A stretch of DNA of 64,000 bases from Pseudogymnoascus verrucosus (Eukaryota): assembly GCA_001662655.1 (NCBI GenBank), contig KV460220.1, one strand, 5' to 3'. Position 1 is the first letter of the stretch, and the number at the start of each line of letters is the position of its first letter. The notes under the pieces are model-generated. The model was not told the origin of the DNA and did not search any database. It saw only the letters and a program-made list of their open reading frames with translations. Positions 1 through 12,480 of the stretch are shown here, piece by piece. The position numbers and the translations under genes were made by a program.

Positions 1-2735
1 TGGCTATGTCTATGTTCTTCCGTTCCATCGGATCCATGGCTCGCAGTCTACCTGAGGCTCTTGGTCCTGCCGCTGTCATCATTCTGTCGCTTATCATCTA
101 CACCGGTTTTACCATTCCCACGGTTGACATGCACCCATGGTTCCGCTGGATCAACTACATCGATCCCGTCGCCTACGCCTTCGAGTCGCTCATGGTGAAC
201 GAGTTCTCCGGCCGCAAGATTCCGTGCACGTCTTTCGTTCCCCGTGGCGGCGACTACGACCTCCTCACGCTCGCCAACAAGGTCTGTGTCACCACCGGCG
301 CCGAGGCTGGATCCGACGTCCTCGATGGCGATGTCTGGCTCCGCGTCAACTACGGATACGAGCGCAGCCACATGTGGCGCAACCTTGGTATCCTCTGGGC
401 TCTCGTCGTCTTCGGCTGCGCCGTTCATCTCCTTGCTACTGAGTGGATTTCCGCTAAGAAGTCCAAGGGTGAGGTTCTCCTGTTCCCCCGTGGCAAGGTC
501 CCCGAGCTTGCATCCGCTTCGAACGATGAGGAGGGCGCTCAAGACAACCGTATCGATACCAACACCCTCGAGGCTACTGCCACGCACGCCGCTGCTGGAG
601 AGGCCCCACCTAGCATCCAGAGACAAACCGCCGTTTTCCACTGGCAGGGCGTCAACTACGATATCAAGATTAAGAAGGAACCGCGCCGCCTCCTCGACGA
701 CGTCGACGGATGGGTCAAGCCCGGCACGCTCACAGCACTCATGGGTGTCTCCGGTGCTGGTAAGACTACTCTCCTCGATGTCCTCGCTTCTCGTGTTACC
801 ATGGGTGTCGTTACGGGCCAAATGCTCGTCGATGGCCGCCAGCGTGACAGCGGATTCCAGCGCAAGACCGGTTACGTTCAGCAGCAGGATCTGCATCTCG
901 CCACCTCCACTGTCCGCGAGGCGTTGACTTTCAGCGCCCTGCTCCGCCAGCCTAAGGCCACTCCTCGTGCCGAGAAGATCGCCTATGTCGATGAAGTTAT
1001 TAAGGTTCTCGAGATGGAGACGTACGCTGAGGCTGTTGTTGGTGTTCCCGGTGAAGGTCTCAACGTCGAGCAGCGCAAGCGTCTCACCATTGGTGTTGAG
1101 CTCGCTGCTAAGCCTGCCCTTCTTCTGTTCCTTGACGAGCCTACTTCTGGTCTCGACTCTCAAACTGCATGGTCTATTATCGCTCTTCTCCGTAAGCTTG
1201 CCAACAACGGCCAAGCTATTCTGTGCACTATCCATCAGCCATCTGCTATTCTGTTCCAGGAATTCGATCGTCTCCTCTTCCTCGCCAAGGGCGGAAGAAC
1301 CGTCTACTTCGGTGACGTCGGCCAGAACTCTTCGATCCTCACTGACTACTTCGTTCGCAACGGCGCACGCCCCTGTGGCGTCGAGGAGAACCCCGCTGAG
1401 TGGATGTTGGAAGTCATTGGTGCTGCCCCTGGTTCTACAACAACCGTCGACTGGCCAGTAGCATGGAACGAATCTGACGAGAAGGCTGAGGTGCGCGCGC
1501 AGCTCGCTGACATGCGCCGCCAGCTCATCGAGAAGGAGGTCGAAACCGATCCAACCAGCCTGGATGAGTACGCTGCGCCAATGGGCCAGCAGCTCGGAAC
1601 CGTCACACAGAGAGTGTTCCAGCAGTTCTGGCGCACACCTTCATACCTGTACTCCAAGACATTCTTGTGTGTGTCGACTGGTCTCTTTATTGGATTCTCT
1701 TTCTGGGATGCTCCAACTTCGATGCAGGGTATCCAGAACCAGCTGTTCTCCATTTTCATGCTTTTGACCATCTTCGGAAACTTGGTGCAGCAGATGATGC
1801 CGCATTTCGTCACTCAGCGCTCTCTCTATGAGGTCCGCGAACGCCCATCCAAGACATACTCCTGGAAGGTCTTCATCGTGTCCAACATCATCGTCGAGCT
1901 CCCATGGAACAGTCTGATGTCCGTCCTCCTCTTCGCCACCTACTACTACCCTATCGGCATGTACCGCAACGCCCAGCACGCCGGCCAATTCCACGAGCGC
2001 GGCGGCCTCATGTTCCTCTACATCTGGTCCTTCCTCATGTTCACCTCGACCTTCAGCACCATGATCATCGCAGGCATGGAGACCGCCGAAGCCGGCGGCA
2101 ACATCGCTAACCTGCTCTTCTCGCTGTGCCTCATCTTCTGCGGTGTCCTCGCCAGCCCCCAAGTCATGCCCCGCTTCTGGATCTTCATGTACCACCTCTC
2201 GCCCTTCCGCTACCTCGTCGACGGCATGCTGGCAGTCGGAATCGCAAACGTCGACGTCGTATGCCAGGCGCGCGAGATCCTGCACCTCAACCCCACCGTC
2301 GGCAAGACCTGCACGCAGTTCATGGGCGCCTTCGTCGAGCTCGCCGGCGGCTACCTCGTCAACGGGGACGCCACGACTGATTGCCAGTACTGCTCGGTCG
2401 GCAAATCCAACGACCTCCTCAAGGTCTTCAGTTCCTCGTACGCACACAGATGGCGCAACTTCGGTATCCTCCAGGGTTACGTCTTCTTCAACGCCGGCAT
2501 GGCAGTCTTCATCTACTGGCTCGCCCGTGTCCCCAAGAACAGCGGGAAGGAGGAGCCCCCGACTGAGGAGGAGCTCGCGCTGCAGAAGAGCAGGACCAGG
2601 AATAGTACTACGGCTGCTGGTGGACTTGAGAAGACCGCCACCCGCGATAGTGCCAGGGGGAAGAGGAGGACCTGGGGAAGTCGTGGGGAGAATAAACTCG
2701 CGACTACGGAGGAGATCGTAGCCGAGAAGCAGTGA
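1..2735 (+). CDS. PDR/ABCG-family multidrug ABC transporter, 5'-truncated by the window (end of TMD1, NBD2, TMD2)
   Basis: 909-aa ORF. Walker [16 protein letters not shown]2 signature [15 protein letters not shown], Walker [15 protein letters not shown] motif [11 protein letters not shown], multiple TM helices. Confidence 0.95.
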   Translation, partial: AMSMFFRSIGSMARSLPEALGPAAVIILSLIIYTGFTIPTVDMHPWFRWINYIDPVAYAFESLMVNEFSGRKIPCTSFVPRGGDYDLLTLANKVCVTTGAEAGSDVLDGDVWLRVNYGYERSHMWRNLGILWALVVFGCAVHLLATEWISAKKSKGEVLLFPRGKVPELASASNDEEGAQDNRIDTNTLEATATHAAAGEAPPSIQRQTAVFHWQGVNYDIKIKKEPRRLLDDVDGWVKPGTLTALMGVSGAGKTTLLDVLASRVTMGVVTGQMLVDGRQRDSGFQRKTGYVQQQDLHLATSTVREALTFSALLRQPKATPRAEKIAYVDEVIKVLEMETYAEAVVGVPGEGLNVEQRKRLTIGVELAAKPALLLFLDEPTSGLDSQTAWSIIALLRKLANNGQAILCTIHQPSAILFQEFDRLLFLAKGGRTVYFGDVGQNSSILTDYFVRNGARPCGVEENPAEWMLEVIGAAPGSTTTVDWPVAWNESDEKAEVRAQLADMRRQLIEKEVETDPTSLDEYAAPMGQQLGTVTQRVFQQFWRTPSYLYSKTFLCVSTGLFIGFSFWDAPTSMQGIQNQLFSIFMLLTIFGNLVQQMMPHFVTQRSLYEVRERPSKTYSWKVFIVSNIIVELPWNSLMSVLLFATYYYPIGMYRNAQHAGQFHERGGLMFLYIWSFLMFTSTFSTMIIAGMETAEAGGNIANLLFSLCLIFCGVLASPQVMPRFWIFMYHLSPFRYLVDGMLAVGIANVDVVCQAREILHLNPTVGKTCTQFMGAFVELAGGYLVNGDATTDCQYCSVGKSNDLLKVFSSSYAHRWRNFGILQGYVFFNAGMAVFIYWLARVPKNSGKEEPPTEEELALQKSRTRNSTTAAGGLEKTATRDSARGKRRTWGSRGENKLATTEEIVAEKQ

Positions 2736-4065
2736 AGGGGGGAAGGGAGTTGTGAAGGGGGGGCGTGACGCAAGGGGGGAGTGCGCACGCACGGCATATG
2801 CATAACATAGCACACGGCGCTGTTTTTTTTTACTCATGTTACTGTCTCTCAGTTTTTTTGTTGTTGTTTTATCATCGTCCGTCGATATACTTTTTCCTTT
2901 TTGACATACCCTGATGGGGGATCACACACTTCTCAAAAACTAATGGATTTCCTTTTTGTGTTTCGGGGCTGTTGTTTTCGTCTATGATAGTCTAGATGTT
3001 TAGGGATGCGTTTTTGTATAATCAGGAGTGGATGGGAGGGTGGATGATTTATAGATAGACAAAATACCCGTGGTCGTGGTTGTCGGGGAGGTTGCGTAGA
3101 AAGGGGGATGAATTGGGATGAATGCAGAATTTTAGTATTTCACCTAACTGCCTATCTGCCTTGCCTGCCTGCTTGTTATAAAAATGTCTCATCGCCCATG
3201 TTTTTGTACTCTTCAGCCTATATGAGAGATAATCGTTTCCTCTGGTATCTATGTCGTGTAGTCCGTTCCACCAACCAAACAGCCGTTTCGTATGTGTTGC
3301 AAAGTCCACTCGCCTATGTCGGCCATTGGCGAATAAACAGAGCGTACGAGATGCGTATGGGCGCACTGCAGCATGTCCCTGCAGTGTGATTATGCCATCC
3401 GCGCACGCCGCGTCGTCATACGGCTATAGATAGTGGCAAGAAATCGGAATCGATAAAATCTTTATATCCAAGAGAATAACTGCAAATTCGCGATTCTATT
3501 CTGGTATCAATCGTTATTATACCAATCTTCGGCAGTCAGTAGCAAAAGTAAGCTGATGCCAAGTGTGATAGAATGTCGCCACCTCACGTGTGCACCACAC
3601 GACAGGTACACATCCCCCCCAAACCCCCCCATAAGTAGAAACACCACACAGAAACACCACACAACCACCCAAACCCGCCCCACTGCCGAGAAAGGACCAA
3701 GATAAGACTCACCCACCACCACCACCTCCCCAACAAACTCTAAACCAATCTCTTCACCACCGTTCACCCCCTCACCGGCAAACGACCCGACTCGATCAAC
3801 CGTCCCGGAATCAAAATCTAATCCCGAATCCTCACACACCGACGCTTCTCTGTATCGGCGCAGGCGTCCGGCTGCACAGCGGGGTCCGTCTCGAGAGATC
3901 GATCGCCGATATCCGCCGCTGCGGGGCAGACGACGACGACAGACACGGCAGTGCCAGGCACCCACGCCCATCAACGACGCTCTATCGACTCAGTCGTCAC
4001 AGCTCGATTAAACGGCGCAGATTGACCTCTGAAGGTCTCTGCTCGATCCCCCAAATCCATCAATC

Positions 4066-5027
4066 ATGGCAACCACCACCACCCCCCCCAGCCAGTCACG
4101 GCCCGCATCCCCCTCCTCCTCCGACGCAGACATGGACGACTCCGTCTCCAGCCAGACGGCAGCGAACTACCAGTTCCCCACGCACAGGTACAAGAGGCAG
4201 CAGACGCAGGCGAATCGCATCCCCCTCGTCTTCGTGGCCTGTGGGTCGTTCAGCCCGATTACGTATCTGCATCTGAGGATGTTTGAGATGGCGGCTGATT
4301 TTGCGAAATTTAATACCGAGTTTGAGGTTCTGGGCGGGTTTTTGAGTCCCGTTAGTGATGCGTATAAGAAGGCTGGGTTGACGAGCGCGAGACATCGGTA
4401 GGTCCCCTTAGCCCCCCAAATCAATTCCCACCCATATGATAGAAGAGACTAACAAATAGCAGCCTACGTATGTGCGAGCTCGCCGTCCAACAGACCTCAA
4501 ATTGGCTCATGGTCGACCCCTGGGAAGCGCTGCAAGAGAAATACACCCCCACCGCACTCGTCCTCGACCACTTCGAGCACGAGATCAACGTCGTGCAAGG
4601 CGGCGTGCTAGACGTAGACGGAAACCCGCGCCCTGTCCGCATCGCCCTCCTCGCCGGCGCAGACCTAATCCAAACCATGTCCACCCCCCTGGTCTGGTCA
4701 GCCAAGGATCTCGAGCACATCCTCGGTCGGTACGGGACGTTCATCGTTGAGCGGACGGGTACGGATATCGATGATGCGCTGTCGAGTTTGCAGGCGTGGA
4801 AGGAGAAGATTTGGGTTATCCCGCAGTTGATTTTGAATGATGTTAGTAGTACTAAGATCCGCCTGTTTCTGAGGAGAGAGATGAGTGTGAGATACCTCAT
4901 TCCCGCACAGGTGATTGAGTATATTGAGGAGAATGGGTTGTATGAGGAGGAAGGAGCAGAGGGGAAGGGGAAGGGGAAGACGACGACTGGGGGGGAGACG
5001 GCAGGAGAGGCGGCGGCGAAAAGCTAG
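4066..5027 (+). CDS. NMA1: Nicotinamide/nicotinate mononucleotide adenylyltransferase (NMNAT), 2 exons
   Basis: Motifs GSFSPITYLHLRMFE, SPVSDAYKK, WEALQ, LLAGADL, NDVSSTKIR. Intron GT at 4398 to AG at 4459 or 4462, with a CTAAC branch site. Confidence 0.93.
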
Positions 5028-5109
5028 TTGGGGGCTGGTGTTGAAGGACAAAACAGACATATATTGTACTAGAAGATCCCCAGTTTGGCTTGGTCCATTG
5101 GGGGGGGAG

Positions 5110-5220
5110 GGAATCTCGTTACACGCGAAGAGGAAGGTTCTTTATTGGGAGGGGATCTTTACACGCGAAGAGGAAGGTTCTTTTATTGGGAAAGGGGATC
5201 TAAACTCGTTAAACGCGTAT
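5110..5220. repeat. Short tandem duplication (about 40-bp unit, two copies plus a partial third)
   Basis: TACACGCGAAGAGGAAGGTTCTTT(T)ATTGGGA..GGGATCT at about 5120 and about 5160, with a partial CTCGTTAAACGCG after. Confidence 0.8.
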
Positions 5221-5513
5221 ACTACTGCACATACATACAGAAAGCGTAAATCCGAAGATCTTGATATTTTTGGTGGCATGGGGGGTTCAAGCTCTCCCTC
5301 TCGCAGTTTTCTCTGTATCTTTTTGGGGGGGTTTTCTTTTCACCATTACATAGAGAAGAGAAGAGAAGACGATAGTTATTAATTAATGGCTTCGACTCGT
5401 TTGGAAAAGTATTATATCTCCTTCACTTCACGCTCGTGTTCTCATTAAAACCACGTCGAAGACTGGCACAAAACTATTCAACTATAAACACGCCTATATC
5501 GCACCTCCCTCAC

Positions 5514-7217
5514 TCAGTTCGATGACTTCTCAGCCAGAGCCGATTTCTCAGCGACCGCTGAATCCAAGTCCGCCGACTCCTTAGCAGCAGTCTCAGCTTC
5601 CAGATTCGCTCCCTCAACGCTCTCATCACGGCTAAGACCCAGCTGCCTAGTATCAAAGCCATGGCTCTCCAGATACGCCCTGAACTTGGTATCCTCCTGC
5701 GTGATCGTATCCTGGCCAATATGCGGCAAGCAGAACAGCGCCAACACGGCGGACAAAACACACAAACTCGACGCGACCCAGAACGGATACTGCGCCGCCT
5801 TCGTCTCATCGTCACCCCCAGCCTGCGAGATGTACACGAACACCCTCGTCCCGACGAACGCGCCGATCTTGCCAATAGCCGCCGTGATACCGTAGTACTG
5901 GCCGCGGACGCCGGTGGCGCAGGTCTTGGAGGCGATGAGACCGATGTTGTCACCGGGGCCCAGCTCGCCGAGGGAGAGGAAGATGCCGTAGACGACGGCG
6001 AAGGAGGCGATGTGGCCGGGACGGGTGAGCGTGTCGTAGCAGCCGGCCATGATGAAGCCGACGAGGGCTTGGAGGGTGACGCCGATCACGAGCGCGTATC
6101 GGGGGCCGATTTTGTCGGAGATGGGTCCGCCGAGCATGGCGCCGGGGATGTAGAAGAGGTTGATGACTGTGTTCCAGCCGAATGTGGTGGAGAGAGGGAC
6201 ATCGTCTCCAATGATATGTTTGACGATGGTGGACGAGTAGATGCCGAAGGCGAAGGCGGAGAACTGTCAAAATTAGCTTCTTCTTTCTCTGATGTAGGGA
6301 GCGGACTTGACGTACATCATAGAGGAACCAGATGAGTCCAACAATAAACAAGCGGAACCAGTAGTATTTCAGGACGATTCCGTAGGGAATCTTCACGTGC
6401 TTCATGGACTCGCGCTTGTATTGCTCGGGCTCCTGGAGCTTAAGCCGCATCAAGAGCAGCACCATAGGAGGGACAACACCCAATCCCAAAGCCACACGCC
6501 ATGTGGCGCGGAGGTGGTTCTCGGAGAAGATTAGAACCAAGACATACGGCACGAACGCGCCAATGACAAAGCCCCAATCAATAGCCACATTAGTGAACAT
6601 AATGAACCACATATTCCTCGTTCCGGACTTGACCTCGCCAGATGCCTCGGCGGCCGCGACACTGCCTGCGGGATACTCGCCGCCGATACCGATCCCGACA
6701 AGAAAGCGGAACGCGGTGAGCGCGGCGATCATGCCGGGGAGTGAGCCGCCGCCGTACGAGCCGGCGCAAAGGGCTGTGAAGATGATCATGATGACCGTAG
6801 CGACGAGGAGGGAGTTCCTGCGTGACCACTTGTCGCTCGTGTAACCGAAGACAAGCATGCCCAGCACGGTGCCAGCAAAGGCAATGGCGGCGATGTTCTT
6901 CGCGCCGTTCGAGTCGCTGTAGGCAGGGCCGTAGATTTGGCCGAGGATGGTACCAACTGATCCGATGACCTGGGAGAGAGTTAGCTATGGAATGCGACAG
7001 CCTGGCGCAAGTAGGCGCAAGTAGGCAGGCGAAAACATACACTCTGGACGTAGCCCTCGGAGAAGAGACCCGAGCCAGCTGCCAAGATGGGGAATATCTT
7101 CTGCCACAAGGTCTTCTCCGCGACAATGACCGCGAGGTCCTCATGGCCTTCTAGAGCTACCTCATCTGTGACCGCGACAGCATCGTCCGTTTTGTTCTTC
7201 CTGCGAAAGACGTTCAT
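5514..7217 (-). CDS. GIT1: MFS glycerophosphodiester/glycerophosphoinositol permease (GIT1-like), 3 exons
   Basis: Motifs GSGLFSEGY, FGYTSDKWSRR, GIGIGGEYPAGS, GELGPGDNIGL, AAIGKIGAFVG. Inferred introns 7040-6970 and 6315-6264 join the ORF pieces in frame. Confidence 0.85.
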
Positions 7218-8818
7218 GATTAAGGTCACACTAGGTAGAGAGCAGCTATAGCATGTGAAGAGGGAAAAAACAGCTACAGAGGTGCCGGGATCAACGTATT
7301 TAAACCCGCCCAGCAGGAAACGTGCATGAGGGGAAGGAAGGGTTAGTTGCTATTCCCAAGAAGCTCTAGGTCCTTGTGGATAAGGGTGGATACGACTGTT
7401 GACGCTGACAGCAGGTTCAGTGGTTCGGTCAGGGATGTGTGTTGGAGGCTATGACCGAAGCAGATGGGGATGAGGAGGATGCTGGGAAGGGGAGGTGGGG
7501 GTTTGGCAAAAGCATGTCTTGGGGAAGGGATAGTACAGACGCAGAGGATTGTGGCGCTCGTACTGGAGAGTTAGTTGTCCATGGGTGTGGTTGTTGGCTC
7601 TTTCCCGCGGTTGTTTATTGCCGTTTCGACGATCTTATGCCGAGAACAGGAAGCATGTCTGAGAAAGGAGTCCAATCGGCGCTACACCACATGCGACTCA
7701 GAAATCCCTACGATATTATACTTTACCATAACAGTACTGTACTATACAATACCAAATCTGACAATGAGAATAATGTCAAGTAAACAAAAACACCACTCGA
7801 GTAGTACTAACAGTTCCCAGCAGGAGCAGAAGAAATCTTCCTGCCGCGTAGCCAGTGGATCTCCAAAGCCCCAAGGTGTCGCCGAAGGCTTGTCGTCCGC
7901 CAAGCATATCGCACCCCTAGCGCACGACGTTGCATGCACATGAGAAAAGGGAAGGGACTGCCAACACCAACCCCTCAACCTTGTTCCCCTCCCTCCCCCC
8001 ACCACACCCACTCAAACGCCCATTCCCACCGCAACTCGGCAGTCCCGCCGTCAGCGAATCCGCCACGGCCATGCCGACAGAAAACGATGTGGTGGTGGGT
8101 GCGCCGCGCGCTCCTGCTGCTGCTTTTTCATCCCATCTGGCGGGGGAGGGGGTTGGTTACATGAGACCCTCCTTGCGTTTGTGTGAAGACCCCATGTCGT
8201 GGATCGCACGTGTGTGGATTGCTGGGCTTCAACGGCGGCGGCAGGGTTGACTGAGTCGTGTTGTGATACACGGTGAATGCAAATACAGCATGGTAGTGGG
8301 GAAGGGGCGTGGAGCTCGCCATGGTCTGCGGAGTACCGCATAGACTGTCGTGCTACACTACAGATAGCACACGCGGCAATATCGATACGCTCGCTCGCTC
8401 GCTCGCTCGTCATAACGGCGGCAGCACGAGGCTACAACTATCTGCAACTGTATAGTATGTGGCTAAATAAAAAGCCTCTCTTCCCGTCGGTCGAGCAAAT
8501 ACCTCAACTCAAAGCGGCAGTTGATCGGGTGATGCGCCGCGGTCGCCAAGAGTCAAGGGCGTCTTGAGGTGCAGGTAATCGTCGCCAGGGAGGTAAGATC
8601 TCTGTGGTGCACGATGCGATGAGCGAGGATTGTAGGGGTAGGGAAAGTCGCGGCACAGCAGGAGAGATGGGCGTAGGGTCACCAGGCACACCCCTCGTCA
8701 CGGGTAGCTGCACGCAGCTGGCAGCGGGATGTGTCGCTGAAGATTGATATGGGGGAGTTGTAGATTCGTCGTCATTACATACATACCTACCATTCAGCCC
8801 AGACGGGATCAACCGCGC

Positions 8819-8855
8819 GTGGCGCATACAAGACTTGTGGTCTTGTATGCGCCAC
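8819..8855. repeat. Perfect 16-bp inverted repeat (hairpin) with 5-nt loop
   Basis: GTGGCGCATACAAGAC-TTGTG-GTCTTGTATGCGCCAC read directly. Confidence 0.9.
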
Positions 8856-10017
8856 CACTACCCTGATCAGATCGCGAGGTTGCTTTCAGGGTTTGTTCTA
8901 ACAGAATGTTCATTCCCTGGGTGCAAGTCGAAGACGACGTTCCAACTGTTGAAGATATATTTACATCATCTTACGAAGGTGCATATTCAAAACGGCTCTG
9001 TCCCGGATTAAGTCAATCGTGCTGATGGCAGCATTGTCCACTCGGAGTGGTTCAATAGGAAAAGACAATCTGGACGACGATGATCTATTGCCGTACATCA
9101 CATATGGAGATGCAACGCTGAAACTGGTAGGGGGGAATAGGATTGAAGACGTGCAAGCCCAAGTGGCCATGAGGAGTATGAAGGGAGAGAATCTGGTCAA
9201 GAAACGAACCTCTAACCACGCGATCATACCCCATGTGCAAGTAAAAGACAACCTTTCGACTATGGTAGACGTACAGCCTGGCGTAGTAACAAACGAACTG
9301 TAGTGGTGAGAATATGTCGCCGACAGGCGATAGTAACAGTAGCAACAGCCCATATTCTCACCGTCGTGCCCTTCTTGCTGTCACCACATCACCACAGGGG
9401 AAGGCTTCTTGTTTTAATGGTTGGTCTGCTTTACAGGCGCCTTCTGTTGCCAGTGATGTCGGCAAGTCTAGTTGTATTTGCGGCGCTGTCTAGGCGCATA
9501 AGCCACTGGTTGTTCGTCACGTTGATAGTCGAGAACTTCTTTATGAATGATATCTAGGATTATTCTGTAGCTGCATCAGGCGACTGGATACCTCATCCGA
9601 AACATCTCAGGAAGGAGGGTAATGAGCTTCTACGGACGTCCCACCAAGACAAAACAGCTGCCAATTACAACAGAAGCTTGTCCCATGTGGCACAAATAGT
9701 CCCTGTCAAGAGAGATCGAGGATGATATCCAATGTAGGCTATATTGTATCTACGTAGATTCCCAGTATCCTATCCTATCCAACAATTCCGTTTCTCATCC
9801 CTCATCTGCCTCGAGCCTTTGGCCTGGCTCCTGATATAAAAATATCCAACTCGCTAGTATTAGATGACCCATTATATGACAATATTTTGTGTCCAAAAAA
9901 CGCCCCCTTTCCCCCGTAGAATACAACAGGCGCGCCCTCGGTTGGTTCGAGGTGCCCCTGCCAATGGTAATGCATCAGCAGCATATCCCAGCCCGCCAAA
10001 CCAAAAAATGACAACGC

Positions 10018-11301
10018 TTAATCCTGGAAATTCCCATTCGGCGGATCGCGGTTCACCGCAAACGCGTATTTATCGCTATGCTCCTTCAAGAACTCGGGTA
10101 TATCCTTATTATCCTCAACACGGTCAAAGAACGAGTCCTCACGATCAAAGAAGTCGAGACCATGGCGCACGCGATTAAGGATCTTCTCCGGATCGCGAAA
10201 CTCGGGTTTATTGAACTCAACATGCGAGAAGCTCGTCACCTTGTTCACCATATCCGACAGCGACTTGAGGCAGTAACTGCAGTGCCACGCCGCGTTCTGC
10301 ATGTGGTGCTGTTTGTGGGAGCCCATACGTAGCGTGTCAGCGGGCATGGTCTGGTCCTTGCCCTTCCAGAGCATGGCTTGTGGATGGATCCAGTCCTCGC
10401 CGCGGAGGAGCCACTGGAAGCTGTAGTAGTACATTCTGCTGCGGAGGGTGACGGCGTCGGGGATGGCGCAGTTGCGCATGGCTGTTAGGGTGTCGGGGCG
10501 GGGGATCTCGTCGACGTCGGCGATGATGATAACGTCATCGATTTCGACTTTCTGCTCGTCTTTGAGGAAGGGGATGACTTGGTCGACCATGGCGTTACGT
10601 GAGAAGGTCTCGCGTTCCCATGTCGTCTTGAATTCCATCCCTTCATCCGTGAGTGTATGGCGGATCATCTTGTCGTGGTAAGGCGCGTATCTATCCCAGT
10701 TCGACTCCACATAAAGCGTCTTTGGCTCATCGGTGAATGTCTTCGCGGCTTCAACTATAATGAAATAGTCGACATGGCTATACATCTGTCCCAAACGGAT
10801 ATCCAGCCACTCAAGCTCGCGGTTGATCAATACGAGATCATAGATCTTTCGCTTCTTATCGCGGTTTGCCCACGGCTCGAAGCGCCTGAACTCACAGAAC
10901 TGCTGGGCTTCAGCGATGGAGAGGTATTTGGTTTCGTCTTTTAATTCCGTCTTCGCAGGCGCAGCGGGCGCAACGGCATTGGTCTCTTTCGGCGCAGCGC
11001 TTGTAGTCGATTCGGGCTTCGAGTCTGCCACAACTGGTGGTGCTGGGGGTTTCGGTGGCGTTGGTGGCCCTGGGGGCTTTGGGGGCTTCGGTGGTCCTGG
11101 TGGCCTTGGTGGTTCATCCGGCTTGTGGCCATGATGCGGGTTATGTCCTGGATGCTCTCCCCCAGGTCCCCACGGTTTGTCGAATGCAGGATGCGATCGA
11201 ACAGAGGAGGTATTGGCGAGGAAGAGGAGGAATGCTGTAATGAACGCGCCGACTAATAGATAGCGAATCCGCGACTGGGTGAGCTCCATCCTCGACACCA
11301 T
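10018..11301 (-). CDS. Glycosyltransferase family 17 (GnT-III-like beta-1,4-N-acetylglucosaminyltransferase), type II membrane protein
   Basis: N-terminal TM anchor and Pro-rich stem. Motifs IYDLVLINRELEWLDIR, VDYFIIVEA, IIADVDEIP (DxD), AWHCSYC, SFSHVE. Likely start MVSRMEL at 11301. Confidence 0.88.
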   Translation of the reverse strand: MVSRMELTQSRIRYLLVGAFITAFLLFLANTSSVRSHPAFDKPWGPGGEHPGHNPHHGHKPDEPPRPPGPPKPPKPPGPPTPPKPPAPPVVADSKPESTTSAAPKETNAVAPAAPAKTELKDETKYLSIAEAQQFCEFRRFEPWANRDKKRKIYDLVLINRELEWLDIRLGQMYSHVDYFIIVEAAKTFTDEPKTLYVESNWDRYAPYHDKMIRHTLTDEGMEFKTTWERETFSRNAMVDQVIPFLKDEQKVEIDDVIIIADVDEIPRPDTLTAMRNCAIPDAVTLRSRMYYYSFQWLLRGEDWIHPQAMLWKGKDQTMPADTLRMGSHKQHHMQNAAWHCSYCLKSLSDMVNKVTSFSHVEFNKPEFRDPEKILNRVRHGLDFFDREDSFFDRVEDNKDIPEFLKEHSDKYAFAVNRDPPNGNFQD

Positions 11302-12480
11302 CGTGAGAGCAGGGGTGTTCGAATCGCGTCGATCACCGGGTATATATATTATCGTCGTCGACCAGGCAAGGGGCGAGGGGTTACAGAAGATGGAAAACCG
11401 ACCTTCTCGAGGACAAATGGACTGTAATCCAAGTTCCAAGATTCCAAGATTCCAGGACCCTCCAAATTCACAATCCTGAGGAAGAAATGTGGGGAGGTGA
11501 GGTCGAAAAAAGGGGAGACCACCTGGTGGCTGACTCGAGATGATCCATTTCATCCGCCCAAGGCTGAGTGGAACAGTGTGAACAGCTCCTCCCGCCTTGC
11601 CTGCTTACCTACCTCCGTTGTATAGTGTCATCTCATTGGACGAAATGTTTTGCGACTCCTTCGTTACTAAATTAAATCGGAGGTGGAACAACTGTGGTCC
11701 ACGGTGATCCTTTCACTCTCAGGGCAGCTTTTGTTGAATACGAGCAGGGTAAGTAGGGTAGGGCATGGATATTTGTAGTATAGTGTGTTTATAAAAGCCA
11801 TTATTGAAACCGCTGGGCTATATCTAGAGCGTCAATTGTACAATTGCAGCCTGGCAAAGACAACAAAGGCCGTATATAGATCGATGACTTACCATCCTCC
11901 ATCCATCTGTATACCTCACCTCGTATCGTACTGTTGCATTTGTCTATTTATCCTAATCTAATCCCAAAACATAAATTAACTTATCTCACGTGACGTGTTA
12001 TTTCAGGGAGGCACCAGCAAAACAAAAGTATACCGTAGTAGTCCACTAGTCGTGGGACCTAAAGGCTGAACTAAACCAAAAACAGTCAAGCGTTTGACTG
12101 TCTTGGCCATCCAGCACGAAAGCGCAATATTAATCCGTACAGGTACATAGCCTTGTACCTTTTTTACCCGACCAACTGTGAGCCAGTGACCTGCGCCCAG
12201 TCGCCCAGTCGCCCAGCAAAAGAGAACCCGCGGCTTGTCGTCAGGGGTCTTACGAGGAGAGCCAGATACTGACGGCGGAATACCTCCCACCTTACTTTTA
12301 GACCTCCCTCCCAAACACCGTCATCTCATCCGACAACAACTTCGTTTCCACGACCTCATCCCCCCCCCATCACCCGCCATCCCAGGGCAAAGAGGACTGT
12401 GACAACGTAGCGCTCAAGGCACGCGCGCTACTCAGCTTTCATCGCCCTCTCGCGCCCATCTCACCACGCTCTTTCTCGCG

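Noticed and set aside
48..2837. Long antisense and alternative-frame ORFs over the ABC transporter (395 aa, 398 aa), and similar ones over GIT1, the sugar porter, SGNH and the transaminase
   Set aside because: Shadow ORFs expected from strong GC3 codon bias in the real genes, with no protein motifs.
8961..9557. Several 85-130 aa ORFs on both strands between GIT1 and GT17
   Set aside because: No recognisable domain or consistent splice model. A decayed gene cannot be excluded but is unsupported.
11302..11553. N-terminal extension of the GT17 ORF
   Set aside because: It precedes a typical type II anchor start (MVSRMEL) and spans a TATA-like element at about 11341, so it is probably promoter or UTR.
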